Origin: Candidatus Eiseniibacteriota bacterium
GTDB lineage: Bacteria > Eisenbacteria > RBG-16-71-46
Direction of reading: 5' to 3'
Assembly: GCA_963725865.1 (NCBI GenBank)
Contig: CAVSAC010000014.1
Span: forward strand, 1,312,001-1,376,000
DNA: 64,000 nucleotides
In this document: piece by piece, positions 63,256 to 64,000 of the stretch
How positions within the stretch are numbered: position 1 is the first letter of the stretch
Layout: each line of letters starts with the position of its first letter
Notes under the pieces: generated by a model
Told to the model about the DNA's origin: nothing
What the model saw: only the letters and a program-made list of their open reading frames with translations
Databases searched by the model: none
Made by a program: the position numbers and the translations under genes

Positions 63256-63432
63256 CGCGGCCGCCCGTCGTCGTCCACCGCCGCGCGACCGTCGTGCGGT
63301 CACACGCGAGAGACCCGGTCGCGACCGAGAAAGCGCTATCGTCGCGCCCCGCGCGCGGACTACCCTCGCACCCGGACCCGTTCGATCCCCTCGCGTGCAT
63401 GGTGTTGGTCCGCTCTGGCCAGGGAGGCCTGC

Positions 63433-64000
63433 GTGTCGCGCCGATCTTCGCAACTGCTCGCAGCGCTGGCGGTCGCCGCGCTGCTCGTCCTCACCGCGTC
63501 CACACCCGTGCGTCACACCGGTCCGCCGCCGGCGCCCGCGGCGGTCCTGTTCGACAATTGCGGTGACGTCGTTCAGGCCGGCGGCCACGATTCGACCGTC
63601 ACGCTGAGCCGCCTCGTGGGGCTCACGCAGCCGGTCGTTCCCGCGTCGAACGTGCTCTCGTGCAGCCTCGGCGTGGCGCCGAGCGGCGGCGCCGCACAGC
63701 TCCTGCTGGTGGACTGGGATCCGCTCGCGGCGGCGCCCGAGTCCACCACGATCGCGCTGCGCGCGCGCACGTTCGCCCCGGGCGCGCTGCTGATCGGTCC
63801 CGCCCTCGTCGCCTGGAATCCGCCCGCGGTGGTGCGGTCGGTGCCGCACGTGGCGGAGCCGCCGCGCTCCACCGTGGCGCTCGACTACGTGAGCGCGAGC
63901 ACGGGGGTGATCCAGACCTGGCACTACGAGGGCGACGGCGCGGCGGCGGTGCCGATCGCGTACCGCTACAACGCTCCGTTCGGCCCGCGCGTGCCGCTCG
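63433..64000 (+). CDS. Secreted paralog-family protein (copy E), truncated by the window end; not in the ORF track
   Basis: GGAGG then GTG; manual translation MSRRSSQLLAALAVAALLV..FDNCGDVVQ..LTQP..VLSCSL..VDWDPL..TIALRAR..WNPP..AEPPRSTVALDY. Confidence 0.8.
   Translation, partial: MSRRSSQLLAALAVAALLVLTASTPVRHTGPPPAPAAVLFDNCGDVVQAGGHDSTVTLSRLVGLTQPVVPASNVLSCSLGVAPSGGAAQLLLVDWDPLAAAPESTTIALRARTFAPGALLIGPALVAWNPPAVVRSVPHVAEPPRSTVALDYVSASTGVIQTWHYEGDGAAAVPIAYRYNAPFGPRVPL

Overview
A 64-kb window from a very high-GC bacterium, almost entirely coding, with about 46 real genes; most ORFs in the six-frame track are GC-rich shadow frames. I see no rRNA, tRNA, CRISPR array, integrase or transposase. 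Housekeeping-type genes are a glcD-like oxidase, ptrB, pepT, acs, ABC/TRAP(TPAT)/EamA/MFS transporters, an AAA+/VWA pair and an ArsR-NIPSNAP pair. They are interspersed with at least nine signal-peptide proteins ending in a 'PNP...(I/L)FDxxGRRV...W.G....G.YFVR' FlgD-Ig/T9SS-CTD-like sorting domain. This pattern is typical of FCB-related candidate phyla such as Ca. Eisenbacteria, although the taxonomy is my inference. The most notable element is an uncharacterised paralogous family of ~475-aa secreted proteins: four complete copies (three in tandem) plus one cut by the window end. Members share four conserved Cys and framework motifs, differ in the intervening loops, and have near-identical C-terminal domains. 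The tandem array is clustered with a cargo-less 'signal peptide + CTD' mini-gene and an O-antigen-ligase/TPR gene, and these genes share a GG(A)CTANNNT promoter-like motif. Also notable are two exported TPR-CHAT proteins (one apparently catalytically dead), a lower-GC two-gene secreted-protein islet preceded by a C13 tract, and several putative leaderless genes. Seven small frameshifts in four genes (including acs and pepT) most likely reflect sequencing/assembly indels.
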